From Pocillopora damicornis (lineage: Eukaryota), in the NCBI RefSeq assembly GCF_003704095.1, contig NW_020845923.1:1-64000 (forward strand): 64,000 nucleotides of DNA. The letters are read 5' to 3'. The notes below the pieces were generated by a model. The model saw nothing but the letters and a program-made list of their open reading frames with translations. It made no database searches and was not told where the DNA came from. Positions 13,018 to 25,949 of the stretch are shown one piece after another. How positions within the stretch are numbered: position 1 is the first letter of the stretch; every line of letters starts with the position of its first letter. Position numbers and translations under genes: made by a program.

Positions 13018-14089
13018 CTGTAAAATAGATAAAACTGAATCATTTCGCTTGTATTGAACTAGGTCCAGTTGTCCAAAGGGAGGATGACGTTATCCAGCAG
13101 ATAAATCGTTGTCCATAGAATGAATGTTAACAAAACGTTCCTCAGTCGCAATCCATCGGAAAGAGATTTATCCAGTGGATTGCTTTATTCTAGACCCTTC
13201 AAACAACCGGGGCTGGTGAAGCCGATTGCGGCCTTAATTAAATATTTCATTGTAGCAAAGCAAAATTCATACGGGAAACTCATTTCAGAATATTGAAGAT
13301 ATAGTCGAGTCTGTATGAATTGGTAGCCCACGGAAAATGGCAGGGTGACCGCTAAATACCGATTGGCCACCTGATGCAGTTCCACGAGGTATAATAGAGA
13401 GTTTTAGATCCGTGTTCACCGCAAACGTCAAACTGCGGTCAGCGGTTTGTGGTTAGAGGTTAGAAGTTTCGAGACTTTCAGCTTTTTAGATCAACTTTTT
13501 ATTTCAGCGATCATCGGTAACGAAACTATTTTATCAAAACAAGACTTTCCCGAGTAATATGCTATCCTTTTTAAAGTAGAAGGATAGCATATTACTTGGG
13601 TGACGTCTTTTTTTTTTTAGGATAGTTCTTAACTTTACAGTGGTTGCGAAAAGAAACTCGCAACTAGTATATTTTTTTAGGTAATACCGCACGTTTGTCA
13701 AATTTTCAAAGTTTTGAAAATGTCTTCTATTAAATTCGTCCATGAAGCTTTTAACTACTTTTCCTGAAATACATTCATTCGAGGGAGTGTTATGCAAAAA
13801 CGAAAAATAAAAAATTCGATTATGTGGGACTGTCTGTCGATTCTCAACCTTCTCAGAAATAAGCTCTTAATGTGCAAAAAAAGGCGCAAAAATACCATTA
13901 ATATTGATTTCGGAAAATAAACATAAATTAAATTTTTCTTTAAAGGTTATTCTTAGTTTTATTTAGGTGGTTTCCTTAAAGTGATCGTTAAATACAAGTG
14001 GAGGATAATACTATCACGCTTTTGGGACTCAGTAAAGAGGTGACCACTACTGTTTAATAGAGGTGACCGCTCTTTTCAGGTGAAAATTA

Positions 14090-14445
14090 CATACCTCCTA
14101 CTGACAGAGTTCGAGGGCCGTACAGTAAGTTACGGACCGAGCTTTTCCCGCTCGGATTTATAGCCCAAGCGCGAAGCGTGCAGGCCGTAAATCGAGTGTA
14201 ACTTACGGTACGGACCGAGAAAAACGAAGTCAGTAAGATTTTCATTTTATCTCTTGTTTTATCTGTTATCAAATCCTAAGTATAAGAGCATTTTATTGGC
14301 TTCCAATATAAACCGGACTTCGAGTCGTCAAAAGATCAAAATATTCGTTGAATATCCACTGTTCCAAAACAAACTTTTGAATTTAGCGGGCTGTGAAATA
14401 CGGCCCGCTGAATAGACCAATCATAGCGCACGTACTAACCGATTT
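14090..14445. mobile_element. Non-autonomous interspersed repeat (MITE-like) in the TPR-CHAT intron
   Basis: Internal inverted motifs (CCGTACAGTAAGTTACGGACCGAG / GTAACTTACGGTACGGACCGAG); resembles a common coral dispersed repeat. Confidence 0.45.
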
Positions 14446-15127
14446 ATATAATGAAATAATTTAAGGAAAAAAAAAACCGGAACTTTGATAACCGACCGTT
14501 TAGTACAGGGCGACTGCTTAACACGGTGCCCTTTAAGACTTGAACCCTTCGATCCTACTAACCTTCTGATATCACATTTATATTCAATGGGGCCTAACGA
14601 AAAAAAAGATATATTAAAATGGCTGACATGCCCTTTTTCGAGTTAAGTGTGAGCAAATCTTCTGATTATGATTAGTACATGTTTCCTTGAAAACGATTCA
14701 TAGTTTTTTCTTTCTTGGCCTGTTTTTCTCAAAGACGCCAAATAAATGTGAATAACTCTTTACGATGATTATCCAACATTACAAAAAAAAAAAAGGTTCA
14801 TCTGGGTTAAGAAAATTCAGTTAAATCTTCATGTAGAAATAATAAAATGTCGACTGAGTTTAACACATGTCAAAAAATAACTTTGTGAAGAGTATGTAAC
14901 TCCAACCTTAGCACACACGTGATGTTCATTTTCGATGTAAATCTCTTATAAAACAAACAAACAAACAAACAAAACAAACAAAACAAAACAAAAACAACTA
15001 ATCAAACTGAGCATGAACGAGAGAAAATGATAGAAAACTTTTCTCTTGGTGTCAAACCGAAAAATAAGTCTTCACTCCCTTAATGTGCTGTACATGTACG
15101 TTCTGTCTTTTCAATCACCTTACTTAC

Positions 15128-16253
15128 CACGTTGTTCTCAATATCTGCCTTTTTAACAGACGGCTGTTGAGTTTTCTTTGCCTCGATCTCAGTTTTCAGT
15201 TCTAAGAGCCTCTGGTTTTCTGGGTGAATCTTTTTTAAAGTCAAGATGTATAACGTGACAAGACATAAATCTGACGATAATCCATGAAGAGCAATTCAAA
15301 TGAAGTAGAGCACAGCCGTTTGACCTCTCGTGATGAATTAAAAGAAAAAGAAAAAACGACTAAAACAAATACGAAAATAATTTTTAAAAAATCAAGCAAA
15401 CAAACACAATCAACAAAATGGTTTTCGTTTTGGTTTATCAGTGTGTATATCTTGTTTATGTGGTCTTTTTAATTTATAAAAATGAAAACTTGAAGTTTAT
15501 ACAATTTGATTTGTTTTTACCATTTGATTTTCATACGAAGATGGTTTTGTCTTTTAAAAAAAAGTAAGAAGGTCAAGAGTCTCAAAGATATTTTAATCCC
15601 TTAGAGAGCTAGAGACAGATACTTGCAATTTTTACTTCACATATTTTAGCAAAACTGAGCTGAAAAATTTCCTTTTACAACTTTCACTTAAAATGTGTGA
15701 GCATATTATGGATACTTCTTGTCCCTCGCCGCACCAGGTGGCGATTGCTTCTATGTCAAGATTACGCGTCATGCAGGCTTCTGATGCTGAGGATAGAGAC
15801 ATTCGTAGTGATAAATTAAAGCCGGAATATGGAGATCTTTTTTAATCCGCAGAAAGCCTACAGCTCTTTCTCCAAAATCAGTGAGTCGATGATATGTTAA
15901 AAAACTGGATCAAGCTAACAGCTAACAAGAATCATATGTGTGATTGACAGATGACGGACAATCCGCCGTGCTCTTCCCTTGAGTACTGCGTCTAGCACAT
16001 AAGTGAATGGACCTAGGGAGCGTCCATTGCACGTGGTAAGTGGAAAAAGAAGGGGAAAGCAACAATAACAGTCTGACATGTCTTGAAAGAAATTGCAAAA
16101 AAAAAAAATAAAACTATTACTTACCCAAATGATAATTTACTGTTTCTCTGTTTAAGTTAATATTTATCCCTTCTGTGTATTAATGGATAGTCTTTCGATA
16201 TTTTCCTTTGATTAATGCTTCATCACCTTGATTGCTGAATACTTCTGTTATTA
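15128..16253 (-). CDS. Upstream exons of the same TPR-CHAT gene with TTC4/Cns1-like TPR character: 16253-16125 (contains a stop), 15786-15716, 15229-15128
   Basis: Splice-bounded exons translate to ITEVFSNQGDEALIKGKYRKTIH*YTEGIN...YHLG, SEACMTRNLDIEAIATWCGEGQE and IHPENQRLLELKTEIEAKK...NNV. The last joins 13017 in phase 0. TAA at 16180-16182. Confidence 0.65.
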
Positions 16254-18403
16254 CTGAAAGAAAGAAATTATTTTTCTATAGTAATAGTCTGTAAATAAAA
16301 TGTTTAATGTTAAGGAAGAAACACGATCAAAAGATCAACGTACCAAAATATGTTTGTCCTCTTTCTTCATTTTCCTTGTAAACATTAGTTAACCATGGCT
16401 TAAAAAGAAAGAAAAAAACACGCGTTCCCTTCGGAGTACCACTGACAGAATGCTCCACCAAATCCAGAGTAGCTAAATATGTATGTGTTCAATTATACCG
16501 AAAACAATTTAATTAAACCGAACGTAGAACAAAACAATGATGATACTGGGAAAGAAACAACTTACTTATATACTCGATCGCAACAAATGCCAAGTTTTAA
16601 TCATACTCAACACTCTAAGAATACAACGATTAAATTGTTCAGTGCGTTAAACGTTAAAGGTGTTTGTAGCTCCTAATTCGTGCCTACAGTTTGACGTCAA
16701 TACCCGGGACATCGGCTGTACGCTTTGTCGAAAGAGAACTGGTCGCCGTTTCTATACTGGCATATTTTGCAAACCAAAATTGCTGAGTAATGGTCACTCT
16801 TAACTCGAAACAGTCGGTGATTCTATCGTTTTTCGGGTGTATTGTAATTTCGATCGCTAAAGGTGTAATTTCTGTTCGAAGAAAACCTGCCTCATTGTCT
16901 AACTGGATGTTTACTCGGCTTGATTACTAGAACATTTGTGGAATTTTCATTGGAATACCTGTAAACAAATAGTTCAATGTTATGCTTGTATCGTTCTGCG
17001 AGCTACGTAATAGTGCTTTATCCGACTAGAACTTTACACTCCGCATAGCTAACATTATCATTTGTGTCTCGATGGAATTCCGAAAATGAGGATTGTTAGG
17101 AATGCCCGATGTGTATCGAAGGAATCGCTTTAACGGTAAATCCTTAACATATTTATAAGCTGTAAGCATAGAATAGCTCTTTTTCTAGCCCATCACAGAT
17201 TATTATAAAAGGAAGGGGATTTCACAAAACTGACAGAATCATCGCACACCATATTGTATGGGCTTAACGACATTAAGTATGTGTGGACTTTAAGCGCCTA
17301 TGAGACGAATTTTTTTTTGGCATTTTCTGGTTAAAAGCTGTATATAAAATTAGAAATAATCGACCTTACCGCCAATCGAATTCTCCTTGACCATTTTTTT
17401 AAGCATTGAAAGTACGATTGAGCGGCCAAAAAGTGTCCCTATCGAGCGCGCAGCGAAAACGATCATGTTACATAGCTGTGACGTAAAAACCGTGAAGACG
17501 CTTCTGCGACTATGGTGGAGAAAGAAGAAATGTAGAAGAAAGGACGAACGTATTGCACGGATCGCCAAATGATGTTAGCTACAAGAATAGGACATATACA
17601 CCGGGGTATTCCTATACACTTCTTTCTAAAGGATGTAGCCGTATGGCGAAAGTGGACGCGTTTCGATTGTTGACATTGAAGAGATTTTACTCTTCGATGT
17701 CGAAAGATTTGTGTCAAATAAGAGTTTTCACAGTTTTCTACGTTATCATCCTCTAACTTGTTCCCAGTCCATGGGACACATTATAGAGAAAATAAGGGCA
17801 CCTTAGGGCCAAAAAAAACTGAGTTTTAAGCTTTCCGGATATTGTTCTTCTATGGGAGTTAGTTTGTACATATGGTAAGCTAAATATTTATGCAAAAAAA
17901 TCGTGTCACTGATAGGCACTTTAACGATCGACAGTCGTTGTAGTTTCCCTTAATAGCTTGTTATAAACGCGCTAATACTCTAACATTATCCCCCATCTGT
18001 ACACTTTTGTGTCTGTTAATGACAATGATAGTATTAACTGGAACTTCAAACCATTTCTCATTCCCGAATGTCACGAAGTCATTAGAATACAATTTGCGCG
18101 ATTCTGATCATGTACTTGTTGCATATTAACTAAACCATATAATAAAAAAAAGTTTATTAATTAACTAACTCGTCACACGTGATTGAAAAAGGGCATTTCA
18201 CAAAACTGACAGAATCATATCGTAAACTATTGTATGGGCTTGTTGCTCTTATGATTATTATTTTTTCCTTTCGCGTACATTTTCCTTGCATTTACTTGTT
18301 CAGTGCCACCTGCCACTGCTTTTTAAAGGTTCTTTCCCATCATCCTTTGTAGAATGATAGCTGAATAACAGGTAAATTAAAACTATAATTGTTAGGGAAT
18401 TAC

Positions 18404-18660
18404 CTTATGTCGAGAGTTCCAATTCCGTCCTCACAATTCCTGTTGAAGAACTGTTACTCTGTACCAGCTCGCACGATTGTAACTTTCCTAGTGAAGCAAT
18501 AAATTGTGACGCACTTAAATGAGGTGTTTGAAAGCAAAATTGTTTGGCATTCTGTGAGACAGATTGGGTACAACTAAGAGCTAAATGGACTTAGATAGGC
18601 AGATATGACCCATTGAAAGGTAAGACAGGGAATCCCCCGCACCGCACTGTTGTTTCATGC
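18404..18660 (-). promoter_or_regulatory. cGLR-type promoter/non-coding first exon, copy A (donor AG|GTAAT at 18403; kB site GGGAATCCCC 18628-18637)
   Basis: TCCTGTTGAAGAACTGTTACTCTGTA resembles cGLR exon 1 TCCTGTAAAGAATGTGTTGCTTTGTA (30875). GGGAATCCCCCGCACCGCAC resembles 41051 GGGAATCCCCTGCACCGCAC. Confidence 0.65.
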
Positions 18661-19379
18661 ATACGGAACAGTCGACTTCCGTTATTGCGGACACGAAGCC
18701 ATGAAAGTGTCCGGATTTCCGTAAGAGCGAGAGTCCTTAAAAACGGGAGTTTATTTCAGTCGTTTCTCTATGCGTTCGCCGTGGGAGATTTTGTCCGCAA
18801 TATAGCAAGGTGTCCATAGGGCGAGAGAGTCCATTGTATTTCGACAGGACCTCTTGATTGAGTTGGACGAACGTGATGATTTCACAATAAACTATTGCAG
18901 CTTGATGTTCTATTTGAATATCAATTAATACTAATCTGTTCATAAGATTAAAAGTTGTATCAATATCTATTTGAAATCATTCGGTTCCACATCACCTCAG
19001 CTGGTCCTCGAATAAGGAGAGGAAAGGTTTATACTGTTCTGCAAAACGAAACGAAACTGACGAGACGAACCAGGCGAGATATTGCTGATATATTTTGTAT
19101 AATTTAGAAGAGTTTCTATTTTGCGAAATCGACTAATAGTCCATTTCGATCGCAAAATAGTATCTCCTAAAATTACTATTTTGCGAAATATCTTTCAATA
19201 CGGTTAAAGAAATAAGAGGAGACTAAAATCTTTGGTGATATACTAATTTGTAATGTTCAGATGTATCTCTGTGACATGAAAGAGGTCACGTTGTCACCGC
19301 AAGGTGAAAATAGTCTGCATTATTCCTTTAAAAAGTTTAAAAGCTGATGGAAATTAACGAGGAAGGAAAATTAGTCATT

Positions 19380-19680
19380 CAATTCGTAGACTAACATACG
19401 AAAACAATGTATTCGGTCTTACCGAATGTTGACAATTCCTACTGAGAATATGTTGCTCCCTGATAGTTTAATGGAGCTTTCCCAAGGGTAGTAATTAAGA
19501 TTGGACCACTTGAACCAAATGCAGGCTTTCAAGACAGACTTGTTGCAAATTCTGTGTAAAGGAGAGGTTACTGGAACGACTTAAAGTAAAACTGACTCAT
19601 ATAAACAGATGTGACGTACTGGTAGACGAGTCGGGGAATCCCCTGAAAACCCCCTAATTTCATATGCTGTTTTCGCTTTC
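19380..19680 (-). promoter_or_regulatory. cGLR-type promoter/first exon, copy B (donor G|GTAAG at 19422; CRE-like TGACGT; palindromic kB GGGGAATCCCC 19633-19643)
   Basis: AACATACGAAAACAATGTATTCGGTCTTACC resembles cGLR-3 AACATAAGAGACAATGCTTTCAGTTTTACC (40814-40843). GAGTCGGGGAATCCCCTG is identical to 41045-41062. Confidence 0.72.
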
Positions 19681-20094
19681 AAATTTGCGTCACACAAGTG
19701 CAAGTTAGATGATTTCACGATGAACTATTGCGGCTTGATGTTCTATTTAAATATTCCATGAATACTCATCTGTTCACAACATTAAAATCATATTAATATT
19801 ATTTTCATATCCTTTAGTTTCACATCACTCCGGCTGGTCATCCGAATAAATATGGATGTTTGTTACTTTTTTTAGCTTACTAGTCATTCACGAACAATTT
19901 GTTGTCCGCGACAAAATGCGTCGTATAAGAGATTTGCAAGAATCAAATAAAACAAGAAAAGTCAATTCATCAGAGGTTGTATGTACAAGCATTGCAAATA
20001 TAGATTCCTACGAAAAATTAACCAGAGAAACAGTCTAACGGAGGCATGCATGTGAGTATATCTTGGCCCAAACAGAGCGTCACGAATTCAACGT

Positions 20095-20530
20095 CAGCGA
20101 TTCAATCACGCTCGCATGCAAGGCTTTGATTTCAGACAATGAGTATCATAACTGGACTCTCCAGGTTTCCTTACAATGTAAATAAGTAAGAAGCTAATAG
20201 AAATTAACGATCATTCAATTCGTAGACTAGCACACGAAAACAAATGTATTCGGTCTTACCGAATGTTGACAATTCCAACAACGTCCTCACAATTCCTATT
20301 GAGAATATGTCACTCCCTGATAGTTTATTCAATGGAGCTTTCCCAAGTGTAGTAATTAAGACTGAACCACTTGAAATAAATGCGGTCTTTCAAGACAGAC
20401 TTCAGCAAATTCTGTGTGAAGGAGAGGTTACTGGAACGACTGAAAGCAAAACTGACTTATATAAACAGATGTGACGTAATGGTGGGCGAGTCGGGAAAAA
20501 TCCCTTGCACTGCATTTTTTTTTCCAACTC
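20095..20530 (-). promoter_or_regulatory. cGLR-type promoter/first exon, copy C (donor at 20259), with ~150 bp of cGLR-type intron 1
   Basis: Near-duplicate of copy B. CAAGGCTTTGATTTCAGACAATGAGTATC resembles 40736 CAAGGCTTTTATTTCAGACGATAAATATC and 53426 AAGGCTTTTGTTTCAGACGATGAATAT. Confidence 0.72.
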
Positions 20531-20720
20531 AGCGTATTATTTTGGGATGAGAATAGGAAACTTTGTAGATAAACCGGTAGAGTATCCACCCTTCGTGCAT
20601 AAACTGTTTAAAGAGAAGATGAATTGGTCAGTTTCAGTTGCCCCCCTCAACAGTAACTATAAATCATTAAGATTAGCAATTCCTTTCGTTTTCATTCATA
20701 TCACGTGCCCTTTACAAAGA

Positions 20721-22153
20721 ACGATGTCACTAAAAGCGGAAATGGGGAGTGGGGAATGGGACTGGGGAATGGGACTGGGAGTGGGGAATGGAAAGGTAGA
20801 ATGGAGAGTGGGACACGGGGAATTGGGAATGGGAATATGAAATGGGAAATTGAAAATGGAAAATTGTTTTTTTCTGCGTGGGATGTTCTTTTTGAGTGTT
20901 CTCTGGGACGACTTTACGAAAAACAAATATTTCCCTTTCGTCTGTCGATCTGTTACAAACAAAAGACGCTCTTTCAGCTTGAATTGAATTTTAAACGAAG
21001 ATTTATCGCAAGGTTTGAAAATTGGGGAGTATCGCTTGGGTGATATCCTTAGATATCCCCCAGTTTTAGGTAGGTAATATTCGTTAACGTGAAGCGTTTA
21101 GACCAGTCATGAGCAAGCAAAAATATTTGATGGATCATAATAGAGGATATAACCCAAGTGATATTCATTAATTTTCAAGCTCTACGTACATTACGATAAG
21201 TCGATAAGTCCTCGTTAATTTAGCCCTGAATTAATTTAGGGTGAGAGAGCGTTTTGCGGTTGTTAAAAAAAGAGGGGAAATGTTTGTTTATACATAAAAT
21301 CGTACTAGTGAACACTGAAAAGAAAACATTCCGCGCAATGAATGGTTAACTGTTCGTAAACATTTTTTATGTAATGTTGCAAATTATTTGAAGGATAATG
21401 AACAAAATAGCCCCCCTTTGGCACAGAAATATACACGCTTGTTCACACTTCAAGGGCGAGATTACTCATGTTTGCGGGGAACCCTTTGGAAGTTCAAGAG
21501 TTGGCTGCAAACTCGCATCCAATATTCGTGCAAATTTTCATCTGAAACCTGTTAGATTCGTTATCTGCTCGGCGCGTCTTTTGGTCGTCAAAGTAAAATT
21601 ATTCTTTAATATGATTTTTCGATTTCTCAGCAGCTGAAAGTGAGAAAAGTGCTTTCTCTCGCCGAAATTTATCTCTTAAGCGAACCTCTATCACTATCAA
21701 CAAAAATTATGGGTTTGTTTGTCGATCGGAGTTGAATAGTGACTTGGACTCTGAACAATTCAAGCATTATTCGGTCAACTTCTTTGAAACTTCTAGTTCG
21801 TTAATATTAAAATAAGCATTTAAATGGCCCTTTCATTAATCTCAGCATATTTAATTTACCTTATTACTTGTTTACTGATGAAATGAACAAGATTTAGTTT
21901 TAGAACATTCTTTAGGTGTCATGTATCACTTCTTTCTTTATCATCAATTTATTCCGTTCCTCAAATTTTGCCTACGAACGTTTTTGAAAGTGAGTGGATA
22001 TCGGTAATCGCCGCTGAAAATTTTCTTTTCCGCATATCAAACAAAAAAAAAATATTGCACAAAAATAAAAAAAGGAAATTAATTTCTCCTTTTCAATTTC
22101 CCATTTTATTTTCCCTTTCCCCGCTCCCCATTCTCGCTTTTGAAAACATCCGT
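20721..22153. mobile_element. Non-autonomous DNA element with long terminal inverted repeats (GGGAAT/GGGAGT-rich)
   Basis: Left ACGATGTCACTAAAAGCGGAAATGGGGAGTGGGG...AAATGGGAAATTGAAAA matches the inverted right end TTTTCAATTTCCCATTT...CCCCGCTCCCCATTCTCGCTTTTGAAAACATCCGT. No transposase ORF. Confidence 0.7.
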
Positions 22154-22745
22154 TGCAGGAAGTGCCTTTCGTCAAACGTTTTAAAATCTTATCATTTTAA
22201 GGCGAACATCAACAACAAAAACAAGATAAAAACAATAAGCGGATCTGAGAAGCTTCATTCGAGCGAAAAAAATACACAGCAACGATGAAAAAGGATACGA
22301 CCTATGGTAACTTTTACTACAATACATCAAGTATTTCCGCTCAGATTTACCGCGCAGCAGGCTGATATTCTCGAGTATTCGCAAGTTTCTATTACAAAAA
22401 AGATGATTCGCGTCATCAGCGCATCTTTTCTGTTTTCACAGAAGGTCTTCTTTTTACCCACACAATTTAAGAAAAAGTTTAGGATTTAGCTCATATTACA
22501 ATCAGTTCTCAATGTCCTAGAAATTGTAGATGAATTTATAACAAAAAGCGTTTAACGCGTTTTTCAAAGTTGCAGGAAAAATAGACACTATGAATAGATA
22601 TAAATATTTGATGACATTGAAAATAACAAACTCGTTTAAGTTTCCCAAAGCGACTTTATTATTTTTTAAAGCAGCTGTAGCAACCGTGTCAATAAAGTTG
22701 TTTAAGAAAATCGTGCGATCTTCTTCTACTGAGCAAACAGGAGAA

Positions 22746-24735
22746 ATGACTAATTTACGAATTGTGTTATTTCAATCAATCCTGGCGTTACAAGTTCAAT
22801 TTTTGATGACCACGCGGCAATGTGTATCTACAAGTTCGAAATATGGATTTATCTTGGTAGGATCTGTGTTTAAATCGTTCCCTTCAGAAAGTCTTCATCT
22901 TTGTTATATCACCTGCCAAAAAAATCCGGTCTGCCAAAGTTTGAATTACAACGCTGCTGAAAATGTCTGCGAGCTTAGCACAGAGATGAGCAGAAGTCGA
23001 CCTGAAAACTTTCAGCAAAGGAAAATGTTTGTCTACGCTGAGAAACTCCCTGATCTGAGTAAGTAGAGAGTCTTTTGCACGCGGTGATATGTTAATAGAC
23101 TTCATTAGGATAAGAAATACTTGTTGAACAACTGAATCACTAACAGACTAATCTCAGCAGTCCTTTGGTTAGCTACTGGTTCAATTACCAAACCGAATCT
23201 TTTCAAAATTGGCTAATGCCGAAGAGATTCAGTTTCATTCCTCGATTGTAATGTATGTGTTAAAAGATAAGGAACTATCCAAGTGCAGACATCGTCTCTT
23301 TTTGATAGATTCACGGTAGATCAACATATGAGCTAAATTCCTTTTTCTTTATTCAGTTTCACTGTCTGATTCTAGGACACCCAAAAACATAACATTGGAA
23401 ATTAAATTCTCGCAGGCCTTCATCAGTTACATGACTGATGAGCGGCATCAAAGAGCGAAACATTTGCTTTCCCAACGAGTGTTCCATCGGGTTCTCGCCT
23501 TTTGTCAAACCGCACTTTAATTTAAAGGATGATATTTTCATCATTGTCTGAAAATCAAATACTTAGGATGGAAAAGAATCACTAAGTCATGGATTGACAG
23601 CGCGCTCACGGGAGGAGTTACATTGACCTACGATGAAGAAAATAATGGGCTCACCATTTCAGGACGAGTGACGTCATCTGGCTGTGGATCTGCACCACCG
23701 TCTGGGGCCTTGACTCTCATTAAAGGATGCTGGACAATGATAAAGTATACCCAAGAATTTCGCGGAAGATCGTCATGCTGGAGCATTTTTGGCGATGAAT
23801 GGTAAAGATTATGAATAATTCATCCGAATACTAAACAAAGATAATATACATAAAGAAGCAATTTACGACTTCACGACCAAGGGGGAAAAAATAGCTTGAC
23901 TGTTTCATTAAGCTTGCTTGAAAATTTCAAACATTTTTTTATCGTTTTTGTAAAAACAAAAAAACAAAAAAAAGTTAAAACGAAAACAACAAAATTCAAA
24001 CAAAAAAAGTAAGAAATAATATAAGGACTCGAACGTCACGTCTTATTTTTTATCTACACTGCCTTGCAATTATGATGTGTCAGGGGAAAACTTTTCGAGT
24101 GAAACATAGCAAACGAATGAAAAATTCGGCCTCAATTTCAGGTACGGTGGACTATATATCTCCAACACGTCGACAGGATTGTATCCGTTCAATGCAAAAG
24201 CAGGAGACGTCATTACAGATGAGTACCGCATGGGTTTAAACTGTAAGTGGCATTTTCTTTTGCTGAATTAATTTTAACGGAGGAATTAAATTTTGAATTT
24301 CCCGTGGAAAACCTTAGTGAGGCGATACTTGTTCTTGAGGTGCATTTAAGGTGGAATTGACAATTCAGGTGTTTCATTTTCCCTGGATCACAAAACTGTT
24401 TCATCTTAATAGCTATTTTTTTTGTCCCACACGCGCTCTATAGATAATCCAAAATCGATTGTCCGAAAAGAAAAAAAAGAAACGACCTGAATGCAAAATA
24501 AACGATTTAGACAAATTGAGATTTATCTTTTTTGTTTGCCGCAGCACACGCATTTGATGGTAAAACTAGAAGATGCGACAAATTGGCAACAAATTTCTGG
24601 AGAAGTCAAAAGGGCTTGCGGCGCGCAACGGTTGTTCTCAGAAGAAAACCGATGGCAGAGAAGGCTGGAATTTTCACTGGTACCTCGTGCGGGACACCAA
24701 CATACAAGATCAGGGATATTTATGTATACTTTTAG
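22746..24735 (+). CDS. Secreted PAN/apple-domain protein with an unassigned Cys-containing C-terminal domain; exons 22746-23058, 23567-23801, 24142-24242, 24545-24735 (279 aa)
   Basis: Hydrophobic N-terminus, then the PAN signature CYITCQKNPVCQSLNY...CELS. All GT-AG junctions are phase-compatible (1,2,1) and total 840 nt ending in TAG. AATAAA at 25291. Confidence 0.82.
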
Positions 24736-25949
24736 ATTACCTTTATTGCACGGTGGACGCTGAATTTCAAAACATTCGCATCCTTTTGGACTCTTTTCTA
24801 TTTCAGAATATGATGTAGGTTGAAACTAAAGCACTATTAGGCACTATTAAGCGAGCTTTTCAATGGCGTTAATCGCTAAAAAGCTGTTAAACAGCCATCA
24901 AATTAGCCATTAGGCCGTAAACATTGAACAATTTAAACCGTTTGTCGTAAAAATAGTTGACCGTAATTTTTTCCTGTCTTCAATACCATTTTGAAGTAAC
25001 CGATAGCAATGATTTGGCCGAAAATGTACTGAACCATTGGCGGTAAAAGCCATCGTCACATTGTGCCCCTTTCGAACCAACAAGAAAAGTAACAACAGTG
25101 GAAAATCAGAGCGGAATAAGCTTTCGCTGAGAAAAAGGCATTAACAGAAACATGCTACACGTCGCAGCTTATAACACACAGAAGAAGTATATGATGTGCA
25201 ATACTTTCACCTTTCATCATTTTTGTTAAAGGACATAATTCCCTTTCAGTTTAAGTAATCAGTAGCTTTTTGTTCATCCCATTTATATTTAATAAAACTC
25301 CATGAAAAGCAAAAAAAATTGTAATGATAAATAAATAAATAAATGAATAAAAAAAACCCAGAAAAAATCAAAGTTAATTACCTCCATCTCATTGTTTGCA
25401 GAAGATAAAAAGGAAAGACATGATTTGCCGCTCAATGTTGATGTCACATGGATTGGTTCCTTGACTCATTAATAAATGAGGGATTCAAACTCGATGAAAT
25501 TTCTGTCTAAAAAATCAGAATGCCTTGTTTATCTGCCGGTTGCTTCAGTAATAACCATTACTCATTCCAAGTTTGTTATCAAAAACGTTAAAAAAAGTCG
25601 CTGATTGCCAGGTTTGATGACCGACACAATTTATCAAACAGATTTTACCCCTCATTAGTCAAGGTTGGAGTGTTGCCGTGTTATTAGACTACTCAAATAT
25701 TAAAATGATGTGATAAGTCAGTCACGAATAAGATCTCTACCTAAAATGCTTTGCCTGGTTTACAGTTAGTGCCCTAGCCGTTCTCTAAGCACTTTACAAC
25801 AGAACAGAACACAATCAAGGCTCCTCTAATTGTTTTATGATAAAGAATCCGTTAAGTTCCCCTCGCAGTTCTTTCAATTTGCAAAACAAACCTTATTTCC
25901 AAAGCGAACTGTGTCGCATGCTCTATACTTTCATAAAGTACGCTACAAT

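Noticed and set aside
20244-20474. 76 aa plus-strand ORF
   Set aside because: Overlaps the minus-strand promoter/exon-1 module; the sister copy at 19.4 kb has indels and stops in this frame.
23357-23520. Extra exon of the PAN gene after the TTCAG acceptor
   Set aside because: Runs to a stop at ~23518 with no convincing donor; direct splicing to 23567 is in phase.
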